A stretch of DNA of 64,000 bases. Source: Eledone cirrhosa. Taxonomy: Eukaryota. This document shows positions 58,450 to 64,000 of the stretch, piece by piece. The position numbers were made by a program, and so were the translations under genes. Numbering within the stretch: the first letter of the stretch is position 1; each line of letters starts with the position of its first letter. The notes beneath the pieces are model-generated. The model made no database searches and had not been told where the DNA came from. It worked only from the letters and a program-made list of their open reading frames with translations. The stretch spans positions 5,828,001 through 5,892,000 of the forward strand of contig OZ024757.1 of assembly GCA_964016885.1 (NCBI GenBank), read 5' to 3'.

Positions 58450-58858
58450 GGAGAGATGACCCCTTAGCCTTTGTCAAGGCAGAATTCTAGGAGAAGGAAA
58501 ACTCTGATATAACACCTGCAACCCTGATGGTATCCAATGATGTTGACTTGTTCTTCTTTTTGGTAAATATCATCTTGGTTAAGAGAGTGGGACTGGCTTT
58601 GTGCAGTGCCTTTGCTCACTATAAAAGCTTCACGGCACAGGCATTGCTTTATATCTGGAGATCTCTCTGCATTTGTCGTCACATGGTACCATGGGCCCAG
58701 CACTATGTGTCAATAATTGTCACAAGTGTAGTGTTTGTACCAGAGCTTTCAAGTCGCTGGCTGGACTAAAAAGTCACACTCGTTCAGCGCATCAGTAGGG
58801 GTTCTCCTACATGGATATAAAGTAGTGGCCGTACTCGAAAACGAGTTGGCAGCCACCA
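58450..58858 (+). mobile_element. 5'-truncated second copy of the RTE derivative at 33717
   Basis: Near-identical to 33918-34314 and encodes an intact [22 protein letters not shown]. Confidence 0.8.
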
Positions 58859-63915
<5,057 letters not shown>

Positions 63916-63929
63916 ATACTCCATATAAT

Positions 63930-64000
63930 ATACTCCAGTCCTACAAACTGCAGAGTGCTTCTTATCCGATATCTGCATTGCTTTATTGTACTACAATAAA
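63930..64000 (+). mobile_element. Solo copy of the PLE 3'-terminal extension
   Basis: Matches 52733-52802 with two differences. Confidence 0.8.

Overview
Eukaryotic, very AT-rich and microsatellite-rich DNA, most likely a coleoid cephalopod such as octopus (inferred from the effector-less tandem C2H2 genes, the SINE/RTE repertoire and the (TA)n load). 1-10.4 kb is a tandemly duplicated ~5 kb unit carrying C2H2 zinc-finger genes (an 8-finger ORF, a 3-finger ORF and a pseudogene). 10.5-24.7 kb is a patchwork of decayed RTE and CR1 LINEs, tRNA-derived SINEs, MITEs and short fold-back inserts. 25-38.6 kb holds two arrays of a 68-bp satellite that share a leader, ending at a 200-N gap. 38.8-64 kb is mostly (TA)n/TATG sequence, and its long YI-repeat ORFs are artefacts. 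The standout is a young Penelope-like retroelement at 46.1-52.8 kb. It has an uninterrupted RT plus GIY-YIG reading frame and is arranged as a ~3.1 kb-armed inverted repeat inside the TA array. Each arm carries a complete type I hammerhead ribozyme motif. Smaller palindromic inserts in TA tracts (13.6 kb, 20.6 kb) repeat this architecture and carry hammerhead 3' halves. All calls were made by eye, without database searches.
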